From NCBI GenBank assembly GCA_013239625.1, contig MU056063.1, positions 523,360 through 587,359 on the forward strand: a DNA stretch of 64,000 nt. Reading direction: 5' to 3'. Numbering within the stretch: position 1 is the stretch's first letter; each line of letters begins with the position of its first letter. Origin of the DNA: Lama guanicoe (taxonomy: Eukaryota). A program made the position numbers and the translations under genes. The notes under the pieces are model-generated. The model did not search any database and had not been told where the DNA came from. It was given only the letters and a program-made list of their open reading frames with translations. This document shows positions 61,552 to 64,000 of this stretch, piece after piece.

Positions 61552-61680
61552 GAGGGGGTGAAGGCATAGCCCAGTTGTAGAGTATGTGCTTAGCATGCAT
61601 GAGGTACTGGGTTCAATTCCCAGTACCTCCATTAAAAAAAAATTCACTAGTTTCCTTTAGAAAATAAATAGAAAATTTAA
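61552..61680 (+). mobile_element. Vic-1-like SINE
   Basis: AAGAGGTCCC TSD; head consensus. Confidence 0.88.
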
Positions 61681-62679
61681 AAAGAGGTCCCCAGGACAAT
61701 TATAATGTGTCCTTCTGTGTTGTGCATTCTTCTGCAAAGGCTGGTCTTCTCCTTGGCTCCCCATACACCAAGCCCCTCTGCTCCCAGTGGGTTCTGCTGC
61801 CTGGAATTCCTCTGTCCATGCTCTGCACCGGCCTGAATCCTACCTATAAGGTGTGGTTCAAATCCCATATCCTCCAGGAAGCCAACCCACAAGGAATGCT
61901 TAGTTAGAATTCCTTAAATCTTTATCCTGTTCAGTCTTTATGAATAAAGGACTCATTCATTTCCCTGCGTTTACAGAACTCATAGTGTTAAAATGTTTAT
62001 CACTGAGATCGCTGATTCCTGGAACCCAGGGACACTCATACTCACTCCATGTCTGGCGTGGAGGAGTTGAGTATATCATAGGCTCTCAGAACTGAGCTCT
62101 AATACAAATCTGATACAAAATCTGAGTTCCGGTCTCTGGGACCTTGGGAGCTTCCTGAATCCCATGAAGCATGACTTCCTGTCTTGTAAATTTAGGATAG
62201 TAATAAGACCTACGATTTAGAGCCATTGCAGAGGTTAAGTGAAACTACAGGAAAATGTTTAACACACCGGAAGAGATCAATTATTTTTACTATAAACTCG
62301 CAAAAGACATTCTTTTTTATTTATTTCTCTATATATTCAATTTTAGGGTATTCCCCATCCTTGTGAGTTTTATTGTTTTATTTTATTTTTTTGAAATATG
62401 AAACATTGTGATGGTCCCAAAAGTCAAGTCAGAACAAAAGGCTATTTCAGAGAAGTGTCATTCCCCCTTCATTTCCTTTATTCTTTCCATTCTGTTCCCA
62501 CTGTACCCTGAAGGTAACTAATCTCATTAGTCTCTGGGTTTTTTTGTTTCATTCTTTTTCTGTTTCTTTCTCGTTGCATAAATAGGTAAATGTCCTTATC
62601 TTCTCCTCTCAAATGATATTCTTAAGACCATGTTCTTTTGAGACTGGATTCTCAGGACCCTAGTCATCTTTTTGTTTAA

Positions 62680-62812
62680 GTTTTTTTTATTGAAGTATAT
62701 AGTTGATTTACAATGTTGTGTTAATTTCAAGTGTACGGTGAAGTGATTCAGACATATATAGATAAATCTATTTTTTTTTCAGATTTTTTTCCATTATAGA
62801 TTATTGTAAGAT
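62680..62812 (-). mobile_element. L1 3' terminal fragment with CCCTAGTCATCTTT flanking duplication
   Basis: TTTTTATTGAAGTATA...TTGATTTACAATGTTGTGTTA is a reverse L1 3' end. Confidence 0.8.
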
Positions 62813-64000
62813 GGCCCCTAGTCATCTTTGCACCTGCTGCTTGGGAGCTCCATGACAGTGGAGTTACTGGGTACTATTTCTCAAGGAGTTAATCAAGGCG
62901 AGAATGAGCTGACATTCTTCACTTACCTGGCTCTATGGTAAATACTTGCCCCAGGTCCCAAAGATGTCTCTAGGACTGGTAATGAGGCCACAGCCCCATT
63001 CCTGCTACTTGGGAGTTCCTGTTACTGGAAGACTGAAGCAAAAGCTCTGAAGAATCCCCACCCAGCCTATCCTGGCCTGCCGAGTCACCTGGAGATGGTG
63101 GCAATGCCAGGTTGCCCGAGTTAAAGTATAAGGCTAGATGTTTTAAAAATCACGCTTAGTGGTTTGCTTTCAAAGCCACTGTAAACACGGGCGCCATCAT
63201 CCCTGGGGCCTTCACTCATGATGGGAAGGCAGTACTTTATGCTTTTAATCCGCATTTCTTGGTGAGATCTGAGGAATGAAGGTTGAAAGGCTCCTGGGTA
63301 CTTCTCGGTAGGACCTCATTTCAAGGTGGAAAAAAACCTGAGCAAATAAAAGCTCCCCGCCACCGGGAGCTAGCCAGAGGAAGTGGACGCCACACTCGGA
63401 GGTATTCACTGGAAAAAGCAGTGGGAGGAGAGGGTTCTGTCTCGGAGTCAACTTGCCCGCAAGGCAGCTCAGAGGCTGTGACTCACCGCGAGGAAAAGGA
63501 GTGCCCTGTATTCCGGGGGAGGCTGCTTTCTCCAAAGCGGGGATCGGTGGCCAAGGGAGGAAATGAAGCAATCCAAGACGAATCAGCAGCCGCGGGGCAA
63601 GGCCGGGCTGGAAGCCCGAGTCCCCAGCTATTGTAGCTGGATTTTGACCCTGTGCCCCCAAGGTGCAAACAGCGTGAGGGCGCGGATTCCGGTGAAAAGA
63701 GGAGTTGCGCCCAATCTTGGGCAAGTAGTTCCCCTCCCCTCCCTCTGCATCTTAGTCTCTCACTGTAGGATGGAGGGAAAGATCTGGCAGCCAGCTTCCC
63801 AACCCAGCCCAGGGCCATGTTTGATTTTATTCACAATTAGAAAAACAATTGAATGTCGGTGCTTCTACACACGGCTGGTCTTCCCAGTTCACCATCACTG
63901 GTATCATTCCCCACCGTCTCACCCTGAGTCAGCTTCACAGATTGAGGCTCCCTACCTGCCTCTGCAGTTATTTAAAATGGCAGTTCCCAGACCAGCAGCT

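Noticed and set aside
1-64000. CRISPR arrays, operons, rRNA, intact retroviral or L1 ORFs
   Set aside because: Eukaryotic repeat-rich DNA; none seen, and all TE coding relics are interrupted.

Overview
Mammalian genomic DNA, almost certainly from a camelid (alpaca, llama or camel), judged by about 17 copies of a tRNA-Ala-derived SINE that matches the Camelidae Vic-1 type. The one protein-coding gene I can support is SLC20A1 (PiT-1/GLVR1, type III Na+/Pi symporter and gammaretrovirus receptor) on the minus strand. It has a CpG-island/TATA promoter near 47.5 kb, non-coding exon 1, ATG at 46509, coding exons 2-11 with canonical GT-AG junctions, stop TGA at 34150-34152 and AATAAA at 33369-33374. 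The 3' half of exon 5 and apparently all of exon 6 fall in N gaps. Predicted length is about 677 aa if those two exons have the human sizes as I recall them. The flanks (1-33 kb and 48-64 kb) look intergenic and are rich in SINE, L1, L2, MIR, MaLR, MER and ERV-LTR relics plus candidate enhancer and CTCF motifs. I found no new multi-gene system. The most interesting signals are possible post-transcriptional controls on SLC20A1: a micro-insertion whose target-site duplication copies the exon 3 splice donor, stacked uORFs, a structured CpG-rich intronic element behind a splice acceptor, and an inverted SINE pair in intron 10. The retroviral receptor 'region A' is human-like. Repeat boundaries and family names were assigned by eye and are approximate.
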